Assembly (NCBI GenBank): GCA_035933635.1
Contig: DASYYY010000021.1
Span: 86,918-150,917 of the forward strand
Direction of reading: 5' to 3'
Length of the DNA: 64,000 bases
Source of the DNA: Thermoplasmata archaeon
GTDB lineage: Archaea; Thermoplasmatota; Thermoplasmata; Lutacidiplasmatales; UBA184
In this document: positions 18,716 through 31,023 of the stretch, piece after piece
Layout: each line of letters opens with the position of its first letter
Numbering within the stretch: the stretch's first letter is position 1
Made by a program: the position numbers and the translations under genes
The notes under the pieces: model-generated
What the model saw: only the letters and a program-made list of their open reading frames with translations
Database searches by the model: none
What the model was told of the DNA's origin: nothing

Positions 18716-19696
18716 ATGGTCGTATCCCCCATTCGCGCCCGCGAACTCACGCGGGTATTCACCGCCCGCAAGGGGTTCCTGTTCAACGAGCTCGTCCGGA
18801 CCGAAGCGCTGCGCGGGGTCGATCTGGAGGTCGCTCCGGGGGAGATATTCGGGCTGCTCGGGCCCAACGGAGCCGGCAAGACCACCCTCACCAAGATCCT
18901 GTCCACGCTGCTGCTGCCGACCGCCGGCACGGCGGAGGTCCTCGGGTTCGACGTCACGCGTGACGCGGCCAAGATCCGGCCGCGCATCGGACTGGTGCTC
19001 GGCGGCGAACGCGGCCTCTACAACCGGGTGAGCGCCCGGGAGAACCTGCGATTCTTCGCCGACCTCTACGGGATCGAGCTCAAGGGGCGGGACCGGCACA
19101 TCGAGGAGGTCCTCGGGCGCGTCGGGCTGTCGGAAGCCGCCGACCGGCGGGTCGAGGAGTACTCCCGCGGCATGAAGCAGAAGCTCCACCTCGCCCGCGG
19201 GCTGCTGCACGACCCCGAGGTCCTCTTCCTGGACGAGCCCACCATCGGACTCGACCCGAAGAGCGCCCGGGAGACCCGAAAGTTCGTCCGTTCCCTCGTC
19301 GCCGAAGGCGTCACGATCTTCCTCACCACCCACTACATGTTCGAGGCCGAGGAGCTCTGCCACCGCATCGCCGTGCTCACGCGCGGGCGGATCGTCGCGA
19401 CGGACACGGTGGCGGGTCTTCGACGGCTCGTCGGCGGGGACCGGACGTTCGAACTGGACGGCCACGGATTCGAGGACAGCGACCTGCGGAAACTCAAGGG
19501 CCTCCCCGGCGTCTCCCGCCTGGCCACCGAAGAGTTCGGGCCGACGCTGCGAGTGACACTTCGGGTGCGAGGAGACGAGCTCGACCCGGCCGGGATCACC
19601 CGGGCGCTCGGCGCCCACGCGGACGTGGAAGTGCGCGAACGGCGCACCTCGCTGGAGGACATCTACCTCGACCTCGTCGAAGAGGAGGCGCTGTAG
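18716..19696 (+). CDS. ABC transporter ATP-binding protein (ABC-2 exporter type)
   Basis: GLLGPNGAGKTT (Walker A), YSRGMKQKL (signature) and VLFLDEPTIGLD (Walker B). Followed by two ABC-2 permeases. Confidence 0.85.
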   Translation: MVVSPIRARELTRVFTARKGFLFNELVRTEALRGVDLEVAPGEIFGLLGPNGAGKTTLTKILSTLLLPTAGTAEVLGFDVTRDAAKIRPRIGLVLGGERGLYNRVSARENLRFFADLYGIELKGRDRHIEEVLGRVGLSEAADRRVEEYSRGMKQKLHLARGLLHDPEVLFLDEPTIGLDPKSARETRKFVRSLVAEGVTIFLTTHYMFEAEELCHRIAVLTRGRIVATDTVAGLRRLVGGDRTFELDGHGFEDSDLRKLKGLPGVSRLATEEFGPTLRVTLRVRGDELDPAGITRALGAHADVEVRERRTSLEDIYLDLVEEEAL

Positions 19697-20497
19697 ATGA
19701 CCCTCGAGGTCGGCCACCGCGTCCGCGCCTTGGGGGCATCCACGCGGTTGGCGTTCCTGGCCTTCCTCGCCGACCCGCAATGGATCATCCCGAGCACGAT
19801 CGCGCCGGTCGTCTTCGCCCTCGCCGCCTTCGAGCTCTACCGCACCTCCGGCGCGGTCCTCGTTCTGTACGCGATCCTGGGCGCCGCGATGATGTCCATG
19901 TGGGGTCAGACCTTGTACGGCAGTGGGTGGGCCACCGGGCTCGACCGCGAGCTCGGGACGCTCGAGCCGACCTTGACCACCCCTACCCCGTACCTCTGGG
20001 TCGTCGGCGGCCGGGTGATCGTCAACGCCATCACCGGCCTCGTCGGCGGGATCGTGGTCTACTTCGTCGTCGCGGCGATCTACCAGCACCCGTTGCCGCT
20101 CGTGAACCCCGCCGCGTTCGCGGTCCTGTTCGTGTTCGTGCTCCTGAGCCTCGCGAGCGTGGGGATCGTGCTCGCCGCGTTCTATGTGTACACGCGCTAC
20201 GCGGGCTTCATCCAGAACTTCGGCGAGTTCGCTTTCTACGTGGGGACCGGCTGCATGTTCCCTGTGGTCCTCCTCCCCTTCTGGGCCACGCCGTTCGCCC
20301 TCGTGCTGCCGCCGACCTGGGCGCTCGATGCGCTGCGGTACGCGACCCTACCGGGCTACCAAGGATTCTCGTGGGGGCTCGGCTGGGACCTCGTCGGCGC
20401 GGTGGCCTCGACGGCCCTCTACCTGGCGATCGCCGGGACGGTCTTTCGCCGGGTCGAACGTCACGTGCTCGAGGTCGGCGACCTCTCCGACTACTGA
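19697..20497 (+). CDS. ABC-2 family transporter permease
   Basis: 266 aa with six predicted TM segments. Start is 1 nt after the ATPase stop. Confidence 0.75.
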   Translation: MTLEVGHRVRALGASTRLAFLAFLADPQWIIPSTIAPVVFALAAFELYRTSGAVLVLYAILGAAMMSMWGQTLYGSGWATGLDRELGTLEPTLTTPTPYLWVVGGRVIVNAITGLVGGIVVYFVVAAIYQHPLPLVNPAAFAVLFVFVLLSLASVGIVLAAFYVYTRYAGFIQNFGEFAFYVGTGCMFPVVLLPFWATPFALVLPPTWALDALRYATLPGYQGFSWGLGWDLVGAVASTALYLAIAGTVFRRVERHVLEVGDLSDY

Positions 20498-20503
20498 GGG
20501 TCG

Positions 20504-21313
20504 ATGGCGATCGAGCACCACGCCTCGCTCTGGCGGACGTTCTGGACCAACGCGGTCCTCGCGCCGCGCACCAGCCTCGGGTTCATGCGGGCGGACTATG
20601 TGTTCGGTTCGGTCGTCATCGTCCCGTTCACGCAGATGGTCTTCTTTGCGACCGTGGCCGGCCTCGCGGGCAACGCCCAGGCCTCGGTCGCGTTCGTCGT
20701 GCTGGGGAACGCCGTAGCCACGGTGACCTACACGAGCATCTTCGCCGTCTGCCAAACGACCGACCAAGAGAAGAATCACGGGACGATGGAGCATCTGCTC
20801 GTCTCACCGGCCAACCGGGTCGCGATGTACCTGGGCCGCGGCTTCATCCCGATCCTCACCAGCCTCGCCACGGTCACCGTCGGTCTCGTGTACGCGGCGC
20901 TGATCTTCCATGTGAGCTTCGCCGCCGTCAATCTCCCGTTCCTCGCATTCTCCATCGCGATCACGACGGTGGCGATGGTGAGTTTCGGGCTGCTGCTCGG
21001 CGGCGTCGCGCTCTTCCTGCGGACCTCGATCATCCTGGGCAACATCTTCCTGTTCATCGGGCTGCTCCTCTCCGGGGTGAACTTCCCGGTCACCTTCCTG
21101 CCGGAACCGGTGCGCCTCGCCGGCGAGTTCTTCCCCCTGACCTGGGGCGTCGCGGCCGTGCGGGCGTCGGTGGCGGGCGACGGACTGGCGACCTTGTGGC
21201 CCCTCTGGGGCTACGTTGCCGTCGAGCTGTTCGGAAGCCTCGTGCTCGCAATGGCGCTCTGGCAGGTGTTCGAGCGCCGAGCCCTGGCGACCGGAAGCAT
21301 CGTGAGGTTCTGA
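20504..21313 (+). CDS. ABC-2 family transporter permease (second subunit)
   Basis: 269 aa, polytopic. Paralog of the preceding permease. Confidence 0.75.
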   Translation: MAIEHHASLWRTFWTNAVLAPRTSLGFMRADYVFGSVVIVPFTQMVFFATVAGLAGNAQASVAFVVLGNAVATVTYTSIFAVCQTTDQEKNHGTMEHLLVSPANRVAMYLGRGFIPILTSLATVTVGLVYAALIFHVSFAAVNLPFLAFSIAITTVAMVSFGLLLGGVALFLRTSIILGNIFLFIGLLLSGVNFPVTFLPEPVRLAGEFFPLTWGVAAVRASVAGDGLATLWPLWGYVAVELFGSLVLAMALWQVFERRALATGSIVRF

Positions 21314-21600
21314 ACCGGTTTGTGCCGCAGGTGCGACGAACCGCCCTCAGCTTCTCGGAAGGTTAGGACCTTCTCCCGGCGGTACGGGGGGGCATCGGGG
21401 GATATGAACCACCGTCCCTGAATTGTCCATGCACAGCGGGGTCCGGCCCACGGGGGGCTGGGCTCGCCAAGCTTCTTCATGATACTACAAAATCAGTCCC
21501 GCCGTAACCTTCGCCCGATAGGTCAATCCGTTCCAGAGCGAGGAGTAGACGCTCCCATCCCCTGCGTCGGCCGGGTCCCCTCTCCGAGCCACGGGGTGCT

Positions 21601-23070
21601 GTGACCGCACCTTCGGGCCGCCGCGGCGGACGCCACTCGGTCCTGCGGGTACGTGCGAGCACTCTGCCGTGGAAACTGATCACCATCCCGGTGGCGTTCC
21701 TGGTCGTGCTGAGCACGATCGGCGCCCTCGTCGCCTCGAACGGGATGGTGGACTCCAATGCTTGCGGAGGCGGCTGCAACGGAACCCTGCAGCAGACCCC
21801 CCAGCTGCACCTCGGCTCGGTACTCGGGGTCCCTCGCACCGATCGGTTCTGGGCGGTCGCCGACCAGGCGGCCTATCCGCAGTCGGGTCCGGGCCTGGCC
21901 CGGATGATGAGCGCGACCCCGATCTCGACCTACCGCTTCGATGTGGGCGTCGACAGCACGAACCAGACCACCGACACCGGCTACACCGACCTCGGTACCA
22001 CCTACCCCTCGGGGTTGGACGACGCGGCGTTCATCAGTTGGTGCCGGTCGATCGGATGCCACGCGATCCTCGGCGTGCCCGCCGAGACCAACAATCCCGG
22101 CGCCGCCGCGGCGACCGTGCGCTACGTCGAGCAGACGCTGAAGTTCCACCCCGAGTACTGGAGCATCGGAAACGAGCCCGGCTCCTGGAACCACTACGGG
22201 ATCCCCTGGGCGAAGTGGTCGCTCCTGGACCGGTCCACGTGCGACGCGACGTGCTACGCCAAGGACGTCCAGCGGCTCGTCCCCGCACTGAAGAAGGTCG
22301 ACCCCTCGATGCGCATCATCGGGATCCAGGACTCCTACTGCGGCAACGACAGCTACCTCCGTGCGGTGGTGGCGATCGACGGGCCGAACCTCTCGGCGGT
22401 GGCGTGCCACATGTACCCCGCGAGCCAGTACCTTCGACCGACGCTGGGACAGTTCTACGGCGCGCTCCAAGGGCGCTGGAGTCTGCCCTTCAAGATGGAC
22501 CGTATCGACCAGGTCATCGACTACGAGTGCCCCGGGTGCAATCTTCCGATGCTCATCGACGAGTACAATGCCGCCTGGTTCCCCATCCCGCTCATGACCG
22601 GGTACCCGAACGCGGTGTTCCTCGCCGCGACGATCATCCAAGCGCTCTCGGTCAATGCGACCCAGCTCGCCTTCTTCACGCTCGAAGACGCCGGATCGTT
22701 CGGATCGTCGTACGGGATGATCTCCCCCTCGGGGACCGCGCTCTATCCGTACTACGTCTACTCCACCTTCGCCGAACACCTGGCCCTCGACGAGGTGGTC
22801 AACGCCACGATCCGGCCGACCATGGGGGGGGTCTTCTCCGTCGAGACGGTCAACGGCACGCACCGCTCGCTGTTCGTCGTGAACACCAACGTCACCCACG
22901 CGTTGACGTTCACGACCGCTCGATCGGGCTTTCCGACCACCGGCACGGCCGAGGTCTGGGAGTGGGGACCGACCTGGAAGACGCCGAAGGCGGCCGCGAC
23001 GAGCATCGGCCCGCTTCCGACGACTTGGACGGTACCGGCCCAAGGGATCTTCCTGCTGGACGTGAGTTGA
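21601..23070 (+). CDS. Membrane-anchored extracellular glycoside-hydrolase-like protein (clan GH-A TIM-barrel, WSIGNEPGSW motif), N-glycosylation-sequon rich
   Basis: N-terminal TM anchor LITIPVAFLVVLSTIGALVA. The IGNEPG motif is the clan GH-A acid/base region. Eight N-x-S/T sequons. Paralogous to the 51199..53496 protein. Confidence 0.6.
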   Translation: MTAPSGRRGGRHSVLRVRASTLPWKLITIPVAFLVVLSTIGALVASNGMVDSNACGGGCNGTLQQTPQLHLGSVLGVPRTDRFWAVADQAAYPQSGPGLARMMSATPISTYRFDVGVDSTNQTTDTGYTDLGTTYPSGLDDAAFISWCRSIGCHAILGVPAETNNPGAAAATVRYVEQTLKFHPEYWSIGNEPGSWNHYGIPWAKWSLLDRSTCDATCYAKDVQRLVPALKKVDPSMRIIGIQDSYCGNDSYLRAVVAIDGPNLSAVACHMYPASQYLRPTLGQFYGALQGRWSLPFKMDRIDQVIDYECPGCNLPMLIDEYNAAWFPIPLMTGYPNAVFLAATIIQALSVNATQLAFFTLEDAGSFGSSYGMISPSGTALYPYYVYSTFAEHLALDEVVNATIRPTMGGVFSVETVNGTHRSLFVVNTNVTHALTFTTARSGFPTTGTAEVWEWGPTWKTPKAAATSIGPLPTTWTVPAQGIFLLDVS

Positions 23071-23137
23071 GCCCGACGTCCCGCGGCCGTCCGGGTTGCC
23101 CCGATCGGCTGGCCACTGGCCATAATAGCGCGCCCGG

Positions 23138-23734
23138 ATGAGGGTCGCCATGGCGTCGCCACCCGTCCATTCCCGAGCTCCCTCCACCCCCGCGGACGAC
23201 CCGGGCCTTGCGGTCTGGCGGGACCATACCTTCCTACAAATGCTCGCCGAAGGTTTCCGATTCGTCGCGAAGATCGTGCGATCCGGAGACCCCCTCGACC
23301 TGGGCCGGCTCAGCGAGGGAGTCGCGATCCACAGGGCCTTCGTGGTCGACCTCCATCAACGGCGCCTGGCAGTGTTCGAACGGGTCCTGGGCGGGCTCGC
23401 CGGAAATCCCTACGCGAACGGGATCGAGGAGTGCCACCGTGCGCAGGCCAGCGCCGAGCGGGCCTCGGCGGAATTGGAGGACGAGGTCCAGAGGCTCAAG
23501 AGCGGGGATTCGGGAATGCGCGAGGCCCTGTCCGCTCGGCTCGAGCACGAAGCCCAGCGCTGGTCGGTCCACTTTCACCGGGAGGCCGACGAGCTCTTCC
23601 CGGGCCTCGACCGCCGATCGGGCGAGGAGCGGAGGGCCCTCGCTACGGGCCTCACGCCGATCTGGAACGGTTCGGCCGCCGTCGAGGAGCGACTGACGAG
23701 TTGGACCTCGCGATTGGGCCCGTCTTCGGATTAG
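23138..23734 (+). CDS. Hemerythrin HHE cation-binding domain-like protein
   Basis: H/E-rich helical motifs (AIHRAF, HFHREADELFPGL) resemble hemerythrin-like domains. Start is uncertain; an alternative is ATG at 23234. Confidence 0.4.
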   Translation: MRVAMASPPVHSRAPSTPADDPGLAVWRDHTFLQMLAEGFRFVAKIVRSGDPLDLGRLSEGVAIHRAFVVDLHQRRLAVFERVLGGLAGNPYANGIEECHRAQASAERASAELEDEVQRLKSGDSGMREALSARLEHEAQRWSVHFHREADELFPGLDRRSGEERRALATGLTPIWNGSAAVEERLTSWTSRLGPSSD

Positions 23735-24465
23735 CGCGACCTTCGAGCTCGAGGGCGCGGCGCTCCACGTGCCTTCGCCTTGGCGGGTGGGAGCTTCTTG
23801 GACTTCGTCGTACGCGGCGACGGAGGGGCACGCCCCGAGTGTTCCGATCGGCGATCGGGAGCGCGGGGCCGTCGCTCCCCGAGTTCTTTGGCCGTCGTCT
23901 GGCGGATCACCGTCGAGGGAGTGGCCGGGTTCTCCTCCTCCGACCACGACATCTCCCCGGCCCGAATCGGGATGGGGAGGTCATTCTCCGACGGCGGGAA
24001 GCCGCACTCGAACCGGTCGGTGTAGGCGCAGTAGGGATTGAAGGCGTAGTTGAAGTCCAGCGTGTAGCGGTCGTCCTCGCTGAGCTGGAGCGTGAGGTAC
24101 CGGCCCGGACCGTAGCTCTCCGACCCGCAGGTCTGGTCACGGAACGGCACGAAGACCGACGGACCGACCTGCTCGCCGGCGTGGTAGACGCGGAGCCGGA
24201 GCTCCTGGGCGTCGAGCGTGAACACGAGGTCGCCGAGGTAGCGACAGGTCAACTGCCCGTCGCGATTCGTTCGTAGGTACGCCTCGCGCGGACTGTCCAG
24301 CCGCTGGAGCTCGGCCGAGACCCGGTAGCTCGGGTCGATCGGAAAGTAGCGTAGCCCGTGAAACCCACCGGCTTCGCCGACGATGAACGGAGACTCGGGG
24401 TGCCGGGCCATGAACTGGTCCTTCATTTCGCGCTCCTTGCGGAGCTCGGACTCATAACCGGCCAT
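23731..24465 (-). CDS. DUF1684 family protein
   Basis: Characteristic motif FNYAFNPYCAYTDRFECGFPP. Start taken at MAGYESEL (24465). Lys-rich C-terminal tail. Confidence 0.65.
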   Translation of the reverse strand: MAGYESELRKEREMKDQFMARHPESPFIVGEAGGFHGLRYFPIDPSYRVSAELQRLDSPREAYLRTNRDGQLTCRYLGDLVFTLDAQELRLRVYHAGEQVGPSVFVPFRDQTCGSESYGPGRYLTLQLSEDDRYTLDFNYAFNPYCAYTDRFECGFPPSENDLPIPIRAGEMSWSEEENPATPSTVIRQTTAKELGERRPRAPDRRSEHSGRAPPSPRTTKSKKLPPAKAKARGAPRPRARRSR

Positions 24466-24556
24466 TCGGGCGTGCGACGTTCGACCCCGCTTAACTCTTC
24501 TTCGCGTCGGAATCTCCACCCAGGTCGCCCTTTGCGGGCGAGCGTCGGAGCGTCAG

Positions 24557-25027
24557 ATGTCCCCGCCGGTGGCCGTGGGAAACCCGCCGCCCGCGGGGGC
24601 GACGGTACGCGATGAGGTGGACGCGGCTCTTCAGCGAGTCCTCCGGGGCGGCGCATACCAGAATGTCTACCTCGGACCGTGGTGGGATGAAGGTGAGCGC
24701 GCCCTCGGCGCCCCGGGGATCGGATCCCAGCTCTGGAAGCGGGCGGTCCTTCGCCGGAGAAGCTCGGGGGGAGCATTGCACTGGGGCCACCTCTTCCTGC
24801 TCGAGCGAGTGCCGCCACGGTCGGCGATCAACCTCTCGTCGATGGCACCGGCCCCAACGGCGGCGCGGGGGTTCGGGGAGCCCCGGCAATTCCCCTTGCC
24901 CAAGGCGAGCGCGCTGTTGATCGCGCGCCCGGTGACCGTCGACATCGCATCTCCGCTTTACGACCTAGCCGGTGAAGTGGCGCGGCGGATCGAGGAGGGC
25001 GCTTCGCGAGGGGAGAATGGACCTTAG
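24557..25027 (+). CDS. Hypothetical protein (156 aa), weak call
   Basis: Only non-Arg-rich ORF in an approximately 700-bp gap (24466..25183). No family recognised. Confidence 0.2.
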   Translation: MSPPVAVGNPPPAGATVRDEVDAALQRVLRGGAYQNVYLGPWWDEGERALGAPGIGSQLWKRAVLRRRSSGGALHWGHLFLLERVPPRSAINLSSMAPAPTAARGFGEPRQFPLPKASALLIARPVTVDIASPLYDLAGEVARRIEEGASRGENGP

Positions 25028-25183
25028 TCGCCGGGGGCCCAGCGCCGGTGGCCACAGTCCCCCGACGTCCGCACGATCCGCTCCGCGGCACAAAAGCGCA
25101 CCCACAACGCTCTTCGCTCCCTCCATTCTGATCTCGAAGATGCCGGAGACTGTTCTCCTCGACCGTCGCGAAATCACGATGCA

Positions 25184-25942
25184 GTGAACGCTGCACGATG
25201 GCGCCGTTGGCTCCAACGGTGGGACGAACAGCAAGAGGGCTACAACGCCGATCGGGAACGCCGGTTCGACGCGATGTTCGACGTCATCCAGGCATGGTGT
25301 CCTGGGCGATTCCGTGCGTTGGACCTCGGTAGCGGCCCCGGTTCGTTGAGTGCCCGTTTGCTACGCCGATTCCCTCGCGGGCGGTGCGTCGCGGTCGACT
25401 TCGACCCGGTAGTGCTGGAAGTGGGCCGCCACGCGGTCGGTTCTTTGGGTGGGCGACTTACGTGGATCGATGCACGCCTGGGATCCCCCGACTGGGTCCG
25501 AGCTCTTCCCCCGGGAAAGTTCGATGTCGCACTCAGCACCACTGCGCTGCATTGGCTTCGAGAGGAGGCGCTCCGGTCCACCTATCGCGAAGTACGCCGA
25601 CGCCTCGGTCCCCGCGGAATCCTACTCAATGGAGATCACCTTCCCTGGGGGGGCGAACTACCCCGGACCGCGCGACTCGGGTCGGCCGTGCACGACCTCA
25701 GGGTCTCCGTCTCGGAGCGTCGCGCCGCACGCCGAGGGTGGGACCGCTGGTGGAGAGAGGCCGCGCGGGTGCCCGAACTGCGCGAGGCGTTCCGAGAACG
25801 CGAACGCCGCCACTCCGAGCACCCTTCCCATGCCACCCTCCCATTGAGCGCTCACACGCTCGCTCTCCAGCGTGCCCGGTTCCGCGAAGTTCAGGTGATC
25901 TGGCAGAATTTCGACGACCGGATCCTGTGCGCATTTCGCTGA
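25184..25942 (+). CDS. Class I SAM-dependent methyltransferase
   Basis: Motif I ALDLGSGPGSLSARL and a motif II-like CVAVDFDPVVLE. Confidence 0.7.
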   Translation: MNAARWRRWLQRWDEQQEGYNADRERRFDAMFDVIQAWCPGRFRALDLGSGPGSLSARLLRRFPRGRCVAVDFDPVVLEVGRHAVGSLGGRLTWIDARLGSPDWVRALPPGKFDVALSTTALHWLREEALRSTYREVRRRLGPRGILLNGDHLPWGGELPRTARLGSAVHDLRVSVSERRAARRGWDRWWREAARVPELREAFRERERRHSEHPSHATLPLSAHTLALQRARFREVQVIWQNFDDRILCAFR

Positions 25943-26168
25943 CGGTCAGCTCGCGCAACAGTCCCCCCTTGTACCGAGACGCTGCCCGAACTGCGACCCG
26001 AGGGTCGAAATCGATCTGGGCCGTAGACGGATGTTGGGTCCGTGCACGTTCCACCGTAGCATGTTGGGAGCCCGCGAGAGAACGTTCGGGGGGCGCGTCG
26101 GCCAAGCCGTGGGGTCCGTTTGGGGCCGGAAATGCATCGCGCGAACCCACGGCTTCTTTCGCAGTCAA

Positions 26169-26188
26169 TGGGCCCAGTCGGATTTGAA
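26169..26188. repeat. attL-like direct repeat TGGGCCCAGTCGGATTTGAA, identical to the 3' end of tRNA-Ile at 42668..42687
   Basis: 20/20 nt identity with tRNA nt 56–75 (T-loop 3' half plus acceptor 3' strand). Flanking sequence diverges on both sides. The interval between the repeats has lower GC and carries mobile-element genes. Confidence 0.6.
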
Positions 26189-26343
26189 TACGAATGGGTT
26201 CGGGCCCGTCCAATTCGCCTCACAAGCGCCCCAAGTCCGGCCGCGAGCCTTGCCGAGGGGGTGGGTTCAACACTGCCCGTGGTCGCACTGTTTCTTGGGC
26301 CAATCCCCAGATTCGATTCGCACGTTCGTAGTCGCCTCCTGAA

Positions 26344-26835
26344 TCATCGGTCGCCACGGCCTATGACGTCTTCGAGGGGTTTCCACAATGACCAGTACTT
26401 CTCCGGGAGCCACAGGCTGCCAGTGCTGTCATCTTCACCGTAGTAGCGACTCACGCTCCGGGTAGCACCCTTCGGGGTGGCGGCGTGGGATATTGGGGGC
26501 GATCCGCCATTTCGACCGCCGAGGGGTCTGAGGTCAAAGATTACAACGTAGTCGCTCAGGCGCAGGGATGCTGCCTTTCCCAGAGGCACGACTGAGTTCC
26601 GAGTCCCTTTCACCTGTAGCGTCCGCGGTCTCGATCCGCTTTTCGAGACGAGCAGCAGGTCCGGCCCCGCGGAGTTCTTCGCAGTCGGGATGGCGTGCCA
26701 ACCAAGTTTCGAAGCTACGACCATCGACCAGCCGAGCGCCTCTAGGCTGGTGCTGACGTTCCTCCACTGATCCCGCCCCATCGGGCTACCCCCTCGGAGG
26801 AGCGTTAAGGCCTGTTCGTAGCCAGCCCCGAGCAA
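26344..26835 (-). CDS. Hjc-like (archaeal Holliday-junction-resolvase-fold, PD-(D/E)xK) nuclease-like protein
   Basis: N-terminus GAGYEQALTLL and core SAGPDLLLVSKSGSRPRTLQVKGT parallel the Hjc motifs (GxxxERxLxxxL and SAGSxxxDLVA...IEVKxT). Here Q replaces E in the (E/Q)VK motif, as in Mrr. Confidence 0.4.
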   Translation of the reverse strand: MLGAGYEQALTLLRGGSPMGRDQWRNVSTSLEALGWSMVVASKLGWHAIPTAKNSAGPDLLLVSKSGSRPRTLQVKGTRNSVVPLGKAASLRLSDYVVIFDLRPLGGRNGGSPPISHAATPKGATRSVSRYYGEDDSTGSLWLPEKYWSLWKPLEDVIGRGDR

Positions 26836-27060
26836 GTATGCATGACGTTGCCGCGCGAGTGTGGCACCCTACTGAGTTGATTTGGCCCGGAAGGGTTGAG
26901 GCGTCGACTTCACCCGGGGATACACGACCGGCCGTTACCTAGAGGGGTCTGAGTCTGCCAGTATAGAATCAGAGCTCTGGACCGGTCGGCGCGTAGTTGA
27001 GAGCCCTTGCACTACCTCTCGGCCGGCGGAGACCTAGATGCTGCCGCGCTCGCCCAGGAA

Positions 27061-29437
<2,377 letters not shown>

Positions 29438-29639
29438 CTATAAGCTTCCCAGTTTCCACAAGATTGAACGGTGGAGGGTGCCACCCCCATTGGCTTCCCA
29501 GAGAGTGTAGGGCCTAGCCGCGCCATATCGGGCCCGCGCCCCATTCCGGGGAGCAGCGCCTGTCGGCTCGGACTCGGGCCAATGCTGGCCGCACCTCCTT
29601 ATCAGGTAGGTCGAATTCGAGACCCCGGGGAGTGTCCGG

Positions 29640-31019
29640 ATGGCACCAAAGAGGAAGAGGCTCTCATCGACTCACTTTTCAAGCATCCTTCTGCGCAACT
29701 TCCGCTGTTACAAGGATTCTGGCCCGATTCCATTCAAACCTCTAACCATAATCTTGGGGCCGAACAACGTCGGGAAGTCAACCATCCTAAACTCCATCCT
29801 CCTGATGAAGCAAAGTCTGGCAGTCGATACTCCTCGAGAGGCGATCATTACTTCCGGACCCCTGGTCGATCTCGGTGGGTTCTCGGACGTTCTCCACAGA
29901 GGTGCATCCAAAGGCGATCGGTCGTTCACGGTGGAGCTCCAGGCGACTTACTCAGGTCAGAACTCGCCTTTTGGAGGTTTTCGTGATGACCTGAAGTCAC
30001 CGTCGAAGGATCGTGGGATCATCGGTCTCAGTCTAACATTCGGGTATAGCTCAGCGGCAAATCAGATCCTCGTTCGTGAGGTAGAATTCCGACGCGATGG
30101 CGTGACTGAACTGAAATTCAAGGGTCACGGCTCCCGAATCTTCCTGCTCAATCCAGACGGCTCAGAGCGTTCAGATTTGGAGGTCCACCTCCTGAATTCT
30201 CTACCCCTTATTCACGGCAAGGTTGGGCGGAAGGGGAAACCAAATGAAGACCAAGTCCGCGATCTCTCGCGCCTAGGAAATCTCTGCATCTCTCATGCAT
30301 GGGGTTGGACGGACTTTCACCGCAGTGTGGGTTATGTCGCCCCACTCCGCGGCCCGACCCCGCGATACGCGACTTCGGGTTCCACGTCTCCGGGTGGGCC
30401 CCTCGCTACACCCGCTGGACTTCTGCAGGAGCTGAAGAGCCGTCGAAGGCTCAGACCTACCGGGAAGCAATTGATCAAACTCGTTGAGGACTGGGCCAAG
30501 AATCAGCTTGGCGTCCTCAGGGGCCTGGACCTCCGGTCCATCGACAAGGCTGGAACCGTATTCGCGCTCTTCGTCGATGAAAGGTCTGGGTTCCGGGGAA
30601 TCAATATCGCGAGCATGGGAGAAGGCGTCTCGCAGCTGATTCCAATCTTGAGCGCAGTACTAGGGAGCAGGGACGGCTCCTGCGTCCTGGTCGAACAACC
30701 CGAACTCCACCTCCACCCGGATCTTCAAGCCCGCATTGCGGACCTGTTCGTGGATCAGGTCGTGAACAATCGCAAGCAGATCATCTTGGAGACCCATAGC
30801 GAGCACCTGCTCCTGAGAGTCCGCCGCCGGGTTGCGGAGGGAACACTCGACCCCTCCCAGGTCGCGATTCTGTACGTCGACCGACCGGGTCGCGAGTCGC
30901 GTGTACGGAGCTTGCCCATCGATTCGGACGGCCACATCGGTCAATGGCCTGAGGGTTTTTTCGAAGAGGGGATTGAGGAAGCGTACCGAATCGCATCCGC
31001 GCGATCTGGCGGGGCTTAG
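29640..31019 (+). CDS. AAA_21/AAA_15-type (ABC-like, OLD/Septu/PARIS-family) ATPase
   Basis: LRNFRCYKD...IILGPNNVGKSTILNSI (Walker A after an NFR motif), a long insert, then VLVEQPELHLHPDLQ (Walker B/D-loop) and ILETHSEHLL (H-loop). C-terminal ...GQWPEGFFEE tail. Divergent from the MTase-Mrr gene. Confidence 0.8.
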   Translation: MAPKRKRLSSTHFSSILLRNFRCYKDSGPIPFKPLTIILGPNNVGKSTILNSILLMKQSLAVDTPREAIITSGPLVDLGGFSDVLHRGASKGDRSFTVELQATYSGQNSPFGGFRDDLKSPSKDRGIIGLSLTFGYSSAANQILVREVEFRRDGVTELKFKGHGSRIFLLNPDGSERSDLEVHLLNSLPLIHGKVGRKGKPNEDQVRDLSRLGNLCISHAWGWTDFHRSVGYVAPLRGPTPRYATSGSTSPGGPLATPAGLLQELKSRRRLRPTGKQLIKLVEDWAKNQLGVLRGLDLRSIDKAGTVFALFVDERSGFRGINIASMGEGVSQLIPILSAVLGSRDGSCVLVEQPELHLHPDLQARIADLFVDQVVNNRKQIILETHSEHLLLRVRRRVAEGTLDPSQVAILYVDRPGRESRVRSLPIDSDGHIGQWPEGFFEEGIEEAYRIASARSGGA

Positions 31020-31023
31020 GTCC

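Noticed and set aside
18686-20089. 467-aa minus ORF and 528-aa + ORF (19780..21366) over the ABC exporter genes
   Set aside because: Alternate-frame or antisense to ABC ATPase and permease genes with clear motifs and TM helices. Translations are R/G/D-rich.
21523-23187. 554-aa minus ORF and 490-aa + ORF (21669..23141) overlapping the GH clan-A-like glycoprotein gene
   Set aside because: The + frame from 21601 has a TM anchor, a conserved IGNEPG motif and sequons. The competing frames are Arg/Gly-rich.
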